A DNA stretch of 64,000 bases from Minisyncoccia bacterium (GTDB taxonomy: Bacteria > Patescibacteriota > Minisyncoccia > Phycocordibacterales > Phycocordibacteraceae). The stretch's first letter is position 1. Every line of letters begins with the position of its first letter. The position numbers and the translations under genes were made by a program. Under the pieces are notes generated by a model. That model worked only from the letters and a program-made list of their open reading frames with translations. It did no database searches and had not been told where the DNA came from. The stretch is taken from assembly GCA_038228545.1 (NCBI GenBank), contig JBBRPE010000001.1, forward strand, positions 110,924 to 174,923, written 5' to 3'. This document shows positions 55,397 to 64,000 of the stretch, in pieces.

Positions 55397-55663
55397 CTAG
55401 TTTGTTGGTCTATTCATAGTCTGGAATTGCTGTTGCTGAAATCGTGTCGGTCCAACTGGTTTGCGAGAATTTATAACCATCGCCGTAGCAATGGCAGCGA
55501 ACGAGAAAATGATAACCACAAGCAGGACATAGTTTGCCTGAAACGGACTTTTTACCGCTTTCACACGAATAAGCCACTCAATGAGACTTTCCTCCTTGGC
55601 ACGGACGAACGTCCGTCGCACCGGGACTTCTTCTTCTTCAAATTCGACTCCGTTTACTTCCAT
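55397..55663 (-). CDS. Hypothetical small single-pass membrane protein (88 aa) immediately upstream of pilin 2
   Basis: Acidic N-terminus, TM YVLLVVIIFSFAAIATAMVI; 3-nt gap to pilin start, 5-nt gap after gap gene. Confidence 0.45.
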   Translation of the reverse strand: MEVNGVEFEEEEVPVRRTFVRAKEESLIEWLIRVKAVKSPFQANYVLLVVIIFSFAAIATAMVINSRKPVGPTRFQQQQFQTMNRPTN

Positions 55664-55668
55664 AGGGT

Positions 55669-56682
55669 TTAGAGGTTACCAGCCTTTATGACGTGTTCGA
55701 CTAAGGTGTGGGTGTACCCTGCTTCGTTGTCATACCACGCGAGTACTTTCACCAGATTGCCATCAACAACGCGCGTCATACCAAGGTCAGCGATAGATGC
55801 GAAGCGCTCGCCGATAATGTCACTCGACACAAGTTCCTCATCCGTCGTCTTGAAGATTCCAGCCCAGCGCGCATCCGTCCCTGCCGTGCGCAGAATGTCG
55901 TTCACTTCGTCCACAGTTGTTGGTCGCTTCGCAATAAACGTAATGTCTGCAATGGAGCCTGCGGGCACCGGCACTCGAAGACTGATGCCGTCAAACTTTC
56001 CAGCAAGAGCCGGATACGCCTTCGTGACCGCAATCGCGGCACCGGTCGACGTGGGTACAATATTCTGTGCCGCTGCCCTTCCTTCTTTCATATCCTTTTT
56101 GGACGGTCCGTCGACAATGGACTGACTCGCTGTGTACGCGTGCGTAGTGGAGAGAATAGCTTTCTCAATACCGAGAGCTTCATCAAGTATCGCAATGACA
56201 GGACTCGCGGAGTTCGTTGTGCACGATGCATTACTCGTAATCGGGCATGTGCCGAGTTTGCTCTCGTCGAGCCCCATGAGCACGGTCGCGCCGAGTGGGT
56301 TCTCTTCCTTTACTGGGCCCGTGATGACGACATGACGTGCGCCGGCAGTAACGTGCGCATGTGCCTTTTCGTAGTCCGTAAAGAATCCCGTTGCTTCAAC
56401 CACAACATCAATGGCAAGGTCTTTCCATGGGAGAAGTAGAGGGTCCTTTTCAGAAAGAAAAGTTACGGGCTTTCCGTTAATCACCAGCTTTCCGTCCACT
56501 GCTTCAACAGGAAATGGGGCATGGCCGTAGACCGTGTCGTGTGAGAGCAAATAAGCAAAGTCCTCAAGCGAACCGAGGTCATTTATGGCTACAAGTTCCA
56601 CTTCCGGCCTATCAAACGTTTGACGCACGAACGCTCGTCCTATCCTTCCAAATCCATTAATGGCGACACGTACTGGTTTCAT
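55669..56682 (-). CDS. gap: Glyceraldehyde-3-phosphate dehydrogenase
   Basis: MKPVRVAINGFGRIGR..., catalytic ASCTTNS, 337 aa. Confidence 0.95.
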   Translation of the reverse strand: MKPVRVAINGFGRIGRAFVRQTFDRPEVELVAINDLGSLEDFAYLLSHDTVYGHAPFPVEAVDGKLVINGKPVTFLSEKDPLLLPWKDLAIDVVVEATGFFTDYEKAHAHVTAGARHVVITGPVKEENPLGATVLMGLDESKLGTCPITSNASCTTNSASPVIAILDEALGIEKAILSTTHAYTASQSIVDGPSKKDMKEGRAAAQNIVPTSTGAAIAVTKAYPALAGKFDGISLRVPVPAGSIADITFIAKRPTTVDEVNDILRTAGTDARWAGIFKTTDEELVSSDIIGERFASIADLGMTRVVDGNLVKVLAWYDNEAGYTHTLVEHVIKAGNL

Positions 56683-56767
56683 AGATAGATTTCGTATATA
56701 GGTGTTTGTCCGTACAGTGTAGCATCGTCAATTTCCGCTTTCCCCATCTATATATAGGTATGATTTC

Positions 56768-57355
56768 TTAAAATATGAGGAATTTCCAGCTTGAAATAAC
56801 GGGGTCGAGCCAGGAATCGAGCGCTTTAAGGGTCGTGATTTCATAGAGATAGCCATCATGCACAAACCACACTTCTCGTGTATCACCCAGAGCCTGATTG
56901 GTGCTGTAAAAACTTGAAGCAACAGCACTATCGACCGTACGGTCAGTTGCATTCAAACGCACACCTGATGGTTCATCTTTTTTAAAACGTGCAGCGGATA
57001 CTTGAGCGTCCGTATACGGAACGATGAATATTTGAAATCCCTCTATCGATTTGAGATTCTGAAAGGTGATGGTACGTGCCCCGCCACCCTCGTCACGTTC
57101 TGACACACTCAATGCTTCGGGATAGAAAAGTGAGAAGTGATACGGAATGCTTCGGTACTCCTTCATGCCTGCTGGCGGTGTTCTTGGTGCTGGTGGTAGC
57201 GACGGTTTCGCTGGGCCAGAACTAAACACTCCGGTACTCGGTGTCATAGGAACGTCCCATGCTCCAAACTTTTTATGCTGTGTTACGACAACGATGATAA
57301 GTACAAGACACACAAGTGCTATGGCGACTCCGGTAAGTAAGGTACTTCGCTTCAT
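56768..57355 (-). CDS. Membrane-anchored protein of unknown function (paralog of 27892..28455)
   Basis: Shared motifs with 27892..28455 (see that entry); 4-nt gap downstream of Gly-rich surface protein gene. Confidence 0.7.
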   Translation of the reverse strand: MKRSTLLTGVAIALVCLVLIIVVVTQHKKFGAWDVPMTPSTGVFSSGPAKPSLPPAPRTPPAGMKEYRSIPYHFSLFYPEALSVSERDEGGGARTITFQNLKSIEGFQIFIVPYTDAQVSAARFKKDEPSGVRLNATDRTVDSAVASSFYSTNQALGDTREVWFVHDGYLYEITTLKALDSWLDPVISSWKFLIF

Positions 57356-57359
57356 AGCA

Positions 57360-59531
57360 TTACTGCTGTCTGAGAATCAGGCGACCACTCACGAGTTTGA
57401 GCCGGAATCCTTCAAAGAGGCGCATATTGCGGGAGGTTGAACCTCCACCCGAGGAACTTTCTGCTCCTATGGTGTAGAAGGTCGATGGCGAGCTGTAATT
57501 GTTGTATTCGGTTGCTATGTAATCAGACGAGCGAGCACTACTCGAAATACGTATTTCATCAAGACCTCCACTATAGGCACTCGAGTTACCGGCGTTCGTT
57601 ACTTCTGAATTACCAAATGAGTAATACGCGAGCGGTCCGGGTGTAGGAGATTGTTTCGTGACGGTACTTGGAGAACTGGCGACCCCGTTCATGAAACCGA
57701 TAAGCTGTGTACCAGACACGTTGTAACGCATCACTACTTGGTACCAGCCACTAGCGTACACAATACCTGAGCCGGCCGTCACACACGAAAGTGACCCTAT
57801 CCAAATGCATGCCTTCACGGTGTTGTTCGTCTCGACTTCTATCTGGTTATCATGCCAGCCTCCGCCTGGAGCGACCTGACCGAGCTCGTCGAACACGCCG
57901 CCGCCGGCCGAGTTCGGCTTTATCCATGCTTCGAGCGTTATGCTCGATGGTTCAGTGAATCCGGGCGTTTCGAGATACTGTGTGGTTCCATTCATGCTCG
58001 CTCCGCCGCCAAAAAGGCCGGTAATCGCAGTAACACTGTTGTTGTTACTCGCGGCGTTTCCATTGGTCGTTGAGTCGTTGGTCGTGAGCGACGAACCGTT
58101 TGGAAGGTGGTACACCGCCACGTAGTTACTATCCCAGACATCCGTCGGATTTGATGGGTCAAAGGTAATCGAGCTGTTGCCGTAGCACATATAAAAAACG
58201 GAGTCAGTGGTAGCCGAGACTGTCGGTACTTTCACCCAGTAATTTACGACTCCTGTGGAGGCTGAGTACGATTCCACCTCCCAGGACATGAGACCCGTAC
58301 AGTTGCTACTCGTATAAAAATTAATATCGTAGCCGGAACTACTCTGCGCCTTACCTCCATTACCCGTAGAGCGAAGATCGGCAATACCGCCAGAGCCGTT
58401 ATACGTCCCGCTAACGAGCACCGGAAAATTCGTCTGGTCGGTGTTTGGAACTTTGGTGTGATCTATCGTGATAGCTCGCGAGTAGTTATAGGTACCGCTT
58501 ACGGTAAGTGGTGTATAAGTTATGATAATAAGTCCCTGTCCCCCAACACCGCCTGCAGGGAATGCTGACGTACCTCCACCACCACCACCACCACCACCAC
58601 CATACGTTCCTCCCGCACCACCAACGCCACCACCTGCGCCTGAGGAGCCGGACCCGCCGGCACCTCCTCCGCCTGCCCCGTGTGTAGCGTCCCATTCCTT
58701 ACCGGCACCACCGGCACCACCTGCTCCCGTACTCACGGCGCTTCCTCCTCCTCCTCCACCACCTGCGCCACCCGCTCCCGTACCCGCAGTACCTGCGTTT
58801 CCTGCCGCTCCCCCAGATGCACCTCCCGTACCACCGGTCGTACCATCTGAACCGGAACCCCCGGTACCTCCTACGCCAGCACTCGGCGAAGCTCCTGCAG
58901 TAGATGAACCTCCGTCCGCGCCTCCACCACCACCACCACCGCCACCAGCAACGGCATCACCGCCGTTCTTACCAGCTCCGCTTGGTCCTGCTGCACCACC
59001 GCCACCCATACTCGCTCGAAAGTTTCCTACACCGTTACCGCCACCAGCTCCCCCACTGAATTTTGTCGTACCAACACCAGATCCTGATGCACCGCCAGTG
59101 GCACCTGTTATTGGCGTTGTCGCTGGATTAGGCGCCACACCACCAGAACCTCCTTTTGCTCCGACGGAAGAAGCACCCAGACTTGCACCATTGAAGTACG
59201 TATCGCCGCCAGCAGTACCTACGGCCCCTGCCGCACCAACGCTATAGGTAACCGTGCCGGAAAGAGAAAGATTACTTACTTTGGAATAAGCACCACCACC
59301 ACCACCGCCTGTTCCCGCTCCATTAATTGTCGTAGCGCCACCGCCACCGATTACCTCAACCGAATTCGAGGAACTGTTCCAGTTTCCTGGCACCGTCCAA
59401 CTTGATCCTGCCGTGAGATAAATGGTTGTTACTGCCGCATGAGCAACCGGAAGTGGCGAAACGGAAAATACGAGAGCAATGATGAGCACCAGGCTCATCA
59501 TTCGTACTCCGGTAGATAGATAGCGACTCAT
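57360..59531 (-). CDS. Secreted Gly-rich surface protein with DUF2341-like and concanavalin-A/LamG-like domains
   Basis: Signal peptide; ~280-aa GGxGG low-complexity; ...RAITIDHTKVPNTDQTNFPVLVS...FYMCYGN (DUF2341-like); ...VAVYHL...TLEAWIKPNS... (LamG-like). Confidence 0.65.
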   Translation of the reverse strand: MSRYLSTGVRMMSLVLIIALVFSVSPLPVAHAAVTTIYLTAGSSWTVPGNWNSSSNSVEVIGGGGATTINGAGTGGGGGGAYSKVSNLSLSGTVTYSVGAAGAVGTAGGDTYFNGASLGASSVGAKGGSGGVAPNPATTPITGATGGASGSGVGTTKFSGGAGGGNGVGNFRASMGGGGAAGPSGAGKNGGDAVAGGGGGGGGGADGGSSTAGASPSAGVGGTGGSGSDGTTGGTGGASGGAAGNAGTAGTGAGGAGGGGGGGSAVSTGAGGAGGAGKEWDATHGAGGGGAGGSGSSGAGGGVGGAGGTYGGGGGGGGGGTSAFPAGGVGGQGLIIITYTPLTVSGTYNYSRAITIDHTKVPNTDQTNFPVLVSGTYNGSGGIADLRSTGNGGKAQSSSGYDINFYTSSNCTGLMSWEVESYSASTGVVNYWVKVPTVSATTDSVFYMCYGNSSITFDPSNPTDVWDSNYVAVYHLPNGSSLTTNDSTTNGNAASNNNSVTAITGLFGGGASMNGTTQYLETPGFTEPSSITLEAWIKPNSAGGGVFDELGQVAPGGGWHDNQIEVETNNTVKACIWIGSLSCVTAGSGIVYASGWYQVVMRYNVSGTQLIGFMNGVASSPSTVTKQSPTPGPLAYYSFGNSEVTNAGNSSAYSGGLDEIRISSSARSSDYIATEYNNYSSPSTFYTIGAESSSGGGSTSRNMRLFEGFRLKLVSGRLILRQQ

Positions 59532-59554
59532 GGTCTTATGTTACTCTATCGCCG

Positions 59555-62500
59555 TTATGCCCCCGTCACCGGTGCTCCTGCGTTTGCAGTCGTTCCCCCG
59601 TCAGAAGGAGGAGTATCGACAACGGACGTTACTGCGATGGCCGTGACAGCGACACTCCTGGTGACCATCGTGCTGTTCCCTGCCGCGTCAGTCACGGTGT
59701 AGGAAATGGTGTAGGAACCGACAGTAGCAGTGTCGACCGTCCCGGTGGTCTGAATGTGAGAGGTAATGTCACCATCTATATTGTCAGAGGCCGTCGCTCC
59801 CTGCTCGGTGTAGATCGAGCCCTGGGTCACCGTCATCGACGCCATACCGTTAAGCGTGATTGTCGGTGCAACTGTATCGCCAGTTGGAGTAGTGGTTCCT
59901 GTCGTTGGTGCTGGTGTCGGAGCTGGAACAGGTGTTGGTGTAGGAGTTGGAGTTGGAGTTGGAGTCGGCGGCGTCTGACTCTGATTGAAACCGGTCGTTA
60001 CAGCTGCTGGAAGATTCTGGGTTTGCACGATGAAGTAGTCAAATGGCGTATCAGTAGCTTGACCCTGAGAGAGCGTCACGGTGAACTTCCCTTCTATCTT
60101 GCTTGAGATGTACCACGAGCCTGCTACCGGTCCATTGAAGGTGACGAAGACCTTGCTTGATGCGTGCGCAAGTGGGCTGATAACGTCCACCGTCGTTGTG
60201 CCGGTTGCAAGAACACCGTTGCCCGCTGAAGACGAGCCGTCGGTCGCGGTCGTTGCAATGAACTGGTGCGCAGCAAGCGTATCGAACTGTGCGAAGCCGT
60301 TCGAAATGATGACGCCGAGGTCGGCGAGGGCGGAAACGAGCGTCTGTGTTGAGAAGAGAGAAGTAGTAGTTGATGTTGCGTTCTGGGCCGCCGCGAGCTG
60401 AGCAAGTGTTTCTTCGATAGAGGTGACGCGGATGGTAAGCGCGTCTACACGCGCGTTTACGTCGGCAAGTCCGGCAAGCGTGAAGGTTGCAAGCTTGAGT
60501 ATGTCTACGCCAGTTCCATCTGCAGAAAGTACAGAGCTTGCGCTATTACCCGCAAGGACGAGATTGCCGAACTGTGCGGAGAAGTTCGAGCCCGCGCTTT
60601 TTGCAACAAAGGAATTTGCTTCGACATTTCCGTTAATCGTGAGATTGGTGGTGGTGGCACTACCGATTCCGACGCCAACATTACCGTTATCGTCCACCGT
60701 AATTGCGGCAACAGCTGTGCCCTTGTATGTCGATTTAACCGTTGACGTTCCGGTAAGTGCGCCTGAGATATTTACTGCGCCATTGAACTGCTTCATTGCA
60801 GAAACAATGTAGGGAGTGAAGTTGGCGTAATTGAGCTGAAGCTTGCCATTCATGTCCGTCGTTACGAGGTCAGGGAATACCTTCTGAACGTCCTGGGCAA
60901 TAAAGCCGGTGTGTACCGGGTCACCGTCTGCTTCAGCATTCCAGTTGTACGTGACTGCATCGAGCGATAGTACGGAAGTGAGGTCTGGTGCAAGTGTCGC
61001 TATGTTCTTTTTGAGCGTACGGTCGGACGAACAACCGATACCGGCGTTGGTGATGGTACACACGCCACCCGCGTTGCCGAAGGTCGCGATACCGGCACCA
61101 GTTGCGATGGTCGCATTACCGACAACGAGCATGGTAGATGTCGCCGTAGTCGTAGTGCCGATACCGACACGACCGTTAGCATTAGCGCTACCAATGAAGA
61201 ACGATGGTGTCGTACTGCCGGCAGCTCCGATGTAGACCGCGGAGGTGGTCGAAGCAATAGACACAGAGAACGTACCCGCAGGTGTCGTTGTGCCGATACC
61301 GATATTTCCGCCAGACGCATTCAAGGTAATATTTCGAGCGGCAGTACCTTGCTGGATAGCCTGTATATCGACGCGGTTGTTTGTGTTATCCAGAGTAATC
61401 GTAAACTCTTTGCGTGAGCTACCGTTTACCGAGTCCGCCAAACGGAAACTGCCGTTACCGCTTGTGGTAATGACGTTCAGGGTAGCTGATCCGCCTTCTA
61501 CGTCCAAGACTGATGCGGGGGTAGTAGTACCAATACCTACGCTACCGGTGTTGAGCACCGTTAAGAGTGTCGATGTTGCACTCGCAGTTGAGGAACCGAT
61601 GGCGAAGAGAGTTGTGTTAGTGGAGCCGTTGTTTGCCTGTATGGACAGAAGAGCAAATGGCGATGTGGAAGCGATACCGACTGTACCGGTCGTCGGCAGT
61701 GAGTAGCTTGACGCGGAGGAAGTTGCCACAAGCGTACCGTAAATAAGGTTACCGATGTTGAGCTGATTGTTTCCAGTTGCGCTTGGGAAAAGCGTATTGA
61801 AACCAATGCCGATGTTGTTAGCACCGGTGGTGATATACCCAGTACCGCTAGTGTTTAACTGAACACCAAGGAAAATATTGTTGTAACCGCTCGTATTGTT
61901 GTAACCCGACTGATGACCAATAAAGGTGTTGTAGTGCGAGCCGGTTCCATTATTGTAGCCGGAAGCGTAACCGATATAGGTACTGCCAATAGTTAACTGA
62001 GTAAAATTACCTAAACCGGCGTTGGTACCTATAGCCACAGTGCTCGAGGCGGCAGCATTTCCAAGGGCCTGATATCCGACAGCGACGTTACCCGAGTTGC
62101 CGAGTACGCCTCCAAGTGAGGCGCTACCGATAGCGACGTTAAAGCTTCCGGCAGTAAGGTTAGTTGCCGCAGATGCACCAATACCGACGTTATTCTTACC
62201 GGAAGTGATGGCTGGGAAAGCATTCATGCCTATGGCAGTGTTTTGGCTACCACTCGTGGTGAGAGCAAGCGCGTTGAGACCGAGACTTACATTGCTTCCC
62301 GTCGAGGAAGCGGTAACGAATGTCGCGCCTCCGAACGTGAAGAGTGTAGACGTAGCGGCATTAAGGTTGGTATTTATCGTGCCCGTGTTACTGACGCTAA
62401 AGAGTGTCGTCGTTGCGCTCGCTGTGGAGGAACCAATGGCGAAGAGCGTCTTGTTGGTATCGACCGCATTCGCCTGGATAGAGAACTTCGCATACGGAGA

Positions 62501-64000
62501 GGTGGAGCCTACACCGACATTACCACCGTTCGCCACGCGGAAGCGTTCAACACCGTTTGTACCAATACCAATGTAGTTAGAAGCACCACTCACATCGAGG
62601 TAGGCGTACGGGATACCATATCCAGCTGTAGCGATGTACTGACCGACGTTCAGTGACCCGTTGACATCAAGTCCGTTTTCAAAGATCGAGTTACCGAAGA
62701 CATCAAGAGCTTTTCCTGCCGCAGGAGCAGCCGTACCAATACCAACCTGACCGCTACCGGTAACAACAAAGTGCGTTGCTGAAGTGGAACCGATTATAAA
62801 CTCAGGTATACCTGAGCCAATACCATCTGGATTTACAGAGAGAAGTCCTGCTGGTGTTGAAGTTCCAATACCAATTCTTCCGTCAGCGGTAATAATCATC
62901 CGAGGGAACAATATTCCTCCAAAGTTGCCTGTCTGGAAGTTAAGCTGACCACCATTCGATTCTAATGTCGCACCAAAGCTTGCCCAGAAGTTCTCAGCGC
63001 CTGCAACCCTTCCACGGAAGGAGAAATCACCAAGAGTGTCACCATTATTCACATCAGCTGGAGCATCCAAAGTTCCACGTGTTCGCATAAAGTCGATGTC
63101 AGGACCACAACCTGCACATACCGTCGACGCTCGACGGAATTCGTTAAGACCTCCCAAAGTCGTCTGTATGACAGCGCCCGACGCAGCGTTACGTACAACG
63201 AAGTTGCCGTTCGGAGTTGCGGTGTTGATTCCTACGTTCCCTGCACCCGTCACTATGAGGTGAGTCGCAGTTGAGGAACCGATGACAAATTCAGGTACGC
63301 CGGAACCGAGGGCATTCGGATTCACTGAAAGCTGACCCCACGGTGTTGTGGTGCCGATACCGACGAAGCCACCGGATGCGATGATCACCTGACTCGTGCC
63401 GTTATTTTCGCGGAAGTTAATAGCAGCACCCGTCGGGCGGTTCAGATACAGATCTTTGTCGACTCCCTGCGAGCTCAAGATGTTGTAATTACCCGTTGCG
63501 ACCGAACCGTTCAAACTGATTGCGCCGTAAGCTCCTGAACCTGCCCACTGGCCGATATTCACGGAGCCGGTGCCCGCAGCTCCTCCGACAGCGAGCAGTG
63601 CTGCAGGCGACGTGGTTCCGATACCGACGTTTCCTCCCGAGGGATTAAGGAGGAGATTCGTCGTCGCTACCGCATTCTCATTGGTATATGCCTGGATGAA
63701 GGGGCTGGTAGCACTAAGGGAACCGAGACCGAGTGCTGCACCACCATTACCCTGGAAGATACCAGCGATTGTTGAACCAGTGGTGTTGACGTCAAGTTTG
63801 AAAGCGGGTGAGGTCGTACCGATACCGACGTTAGTACCGGTGTTGTTGTAGATATTTCCACCCAAGCTGGTCCAGAAGTTTGCACCGCCTGTAGAAAGAC
63901 ACGTGCCGTTCACTGCGTAACAGCCTGCGGTAATGTTGAAACCATTCGCTGCAGTGGTGGAACCGGTGTTGTCGATGGAGAAGAGTGTCGTAGTTGCACT
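59555..64000 (-). CDS. Giant tail-fibre-like repeat protein (partial, N-terminus beyond window) with internal peptidase-S74 intramolecular-chaperone domain, coiled coil and C-terminal Ig-like (DUF5011-like) domain
   Basis: Reading frame open to window end; repeats ...GGNVGIGTTSP...; S74-like SSDRTLKKNIATLAPDLTSVLSLDAVTYNWNAEADGDPVHTGFIAQDVQKVFPDLV; Pro/Thr linker then TITLNGMASMTVTQGSIYTEQGATASDNIDGDIT. Confidence 0.75.
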   Translation of the reverse strand, partial: SATTTLFSIDNTGSTTAANGFNITAGCYAVNGTCLSTGGANFWTSLGGNIYNNTGTNVGIGTTSPAFKLDVNTTGSTIAGIFQGNGGAALGLGSLSATSPFIQAYTNENAVATTNLLLNPSGGNVGIGTTSPAALLAVGGAAGTGSVNIGQWAGSGAYGAISLNGSVATGNYNILSSQGVDKDLYLNRPTGAAINFRENNGTSQVIIASGGFVGIGTTTPWGQLSVNPNALGSGVPEFVIGSSTATHLIVTGAGNVGINTATPNGNFVVRNAASGAVIQTTLGGLNEFRRASTVCAGCGPDIDFMRTRGTLDAPADVNNGDTLGDFSFRGRVAGAENFWASFGATLESNGGQLNFQTGNFGGILFPRMIITADGRIGIGTSTPAGLLSVNPDGIGSGIPEFIIGSTSATHFVVTGSGQVGIGTAAPAAGKALDVFGNSIFENGLDVNGSLNVGQYIATAGYGIPYAYLDVSGASNYIGIGTNGVERFRVANGGNVGVGSTSPYAKFSIQANAVDTNKTLFAIGSSTASATTTLFSVSNTGTINTNLNAATSTLFTFGGATFVTASSTGSNVSLGLNALALTTSGSQNTAIGMNAFPAITSGKNNVGIGASAATNLTAGSFNVAIGSASLGGVLGNSGNVAVGYQALGNAAASSTVAIGTNAGLGNFTQLTIGSTYIGYASGYNNGTGSHYNTFIGHQSGYNNTSGYNNIFLGVQLNTSGTGYITTGANNIGIGFNTLFPSATGNNQLNIGNLIYGTLVATSSASSYSLPTTGTVGIASTSPFALLSIQANNGSTNTTLFAIGSSTASATSTLLTVLNTGSVGIGTTTPASVLDVEGGSATLNVITTSGNGSFRLADSVNGSSRKEFTITLDNTNNRVDIQAIQQGTAARNITLNASGGNIGIGTTTPAGTFSVSIASTTSAVYIGAAGSTTPSFFIGSANANGRVGIGTTTTATSTMLVVGNATIATGAGIATFGNAGGVCTITNAGIGCSSDRTLKKNIATLAPDLTSVLSLDAVTYNWNAEADGDPVHTGFIAQDVQKVFPDLVTTDMNGKLQLNYANFTPYIVSAMKQFNGAVNISGALTGTSTVKSTYKGTAVAAITVDDNGNVGVGIGSATTTNLTINGNVEANSFVAKSAGSNFSAQFGNLVLAGNSASSVLSADGTGVDILKLATFTLAGLADVNARVDALTIRVTSIEETLAQLAAAQNATSTTTSLFSTQTLVSALADLGVIISNGFAQFDTLAAHQFIATTATDGSSSAGNGVLATGTTTVDVISPLAHASSKVFVTFNGPVAGSWYISSKIEGKFTVTLSQGQATDTPFDYFIVQTQNLPAAVTTGFNQSQTPPTPTPTPTPTPTPVPAPTPAPTTGTTTPTGDTVAPTITLNGMASMTVTQGSIYTEQGATASDNIDGDITSHIQTTGTVDTATVGSYTISYTVTDAAGNSTMVTRSVAVTAIAVTSVVDTPPSDGGTTANAGAPVTGA

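Noticed and set aside
58522-59247. 241-aa Pro-rich plus-strand ORF
   Set aside because: Mirror image of the Gly-rich (GGN codons) region of 57360..59531; classic antisense artefact.
59555-64000. Prophage hypothesis for the S74-domain giant gene
   Set aside because: No integrase, terminase, capsid or portal genes anywhere in the window; neighbours are cellular surface-protein genes. Cannot exclude phage genes beyond the window edge.
1-64000. CRISPR arrays, transposases/IS elements, restriction-modification or other recognisable defence systems
   Set aside because: No short direct-repeat/spacer arrays and no ORF with transposase, integrase, methyltransferase or nuclease/ATPase defence signatures was seen; the only repeats are intragenic domain repeats and the two-copy 3'-UTR element.

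Overview
This 64-kb window looks like a fragment of a small, reduced bacterial genome of roughly 50-55% GC. It is most consistent with a Patescibacteria/CPR organism, possibly Saccharibacteria-like, with a Gram-positive-type envelope; this taxonomic call is an inference from gene content.

Nearly all genes are on the minus strand in long, tightly packed operons. Housekeeping genes recognised from motifs: rpsP (partial), rnr, gdh, a short SMC-like ATPase, rnc, a NusB-NUDIX fusion, rpmF, rnhB, dnaE, thrS, gyrB, pheS/pheT, tRNA-Thr(UGU), tsf, rpsB, prfA, rpmE, rplY, class I fba, a PfkB kinase, split transketolase, rpe, rpiB and gap.

Between these sit accessory loci:
- A sortase encoded next to a 1505-aa Ig-repeat surface protein. 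The surface protein carries LPxTG-type sorting signals but continues for about 255 aa after them.
- A roughly 1-kb GC-rich island inside the sortase locus, encoding a Cys-rich secreted protein.
- A five-gene operon: two paralogous polytopic membrane proteins, an Lnt-like CN-hydrolase N-acyltransferase, a C-terminally anchored surface protein and a 1654-aa CARDB/LCCL giant protein.
- Two paralogous type IV pilin genes embedded in a pentose-phosphate/glycolysis operon, with a remnant of a duplicated rpiB 3' end between them.
- A paralogous pair of membrane-anchored proteins of unknown function, each encoded just downstream of a secreted beta-rich protein.
- A partial giant (more than 1480 aa) tail-fibre-like repeat protein with an internal peptidase-S74 (intramolecular chaperone) domain.

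Non-coding signals:
- A roughly 150-170-nt element with terminal inverted repeats is duplicated 19.7 kb apart. Each copy starts 10 nt after the stop codon of smc or gyrB.
- A 21-bp perfect hairpin lies in the rnc leader and may be an RNase III autoregulatory site.
- About 390 nt of ORF-free sequence ending in a plus-strand terminator (candidate ncRNA) sits between rpmF and rnhB.

No CRISPR array, integrase or transposase was recognised. The main caveats are that all family assignments rest on motifs read by eye, and hand-derived coordinates may be off by 1-2 nt.
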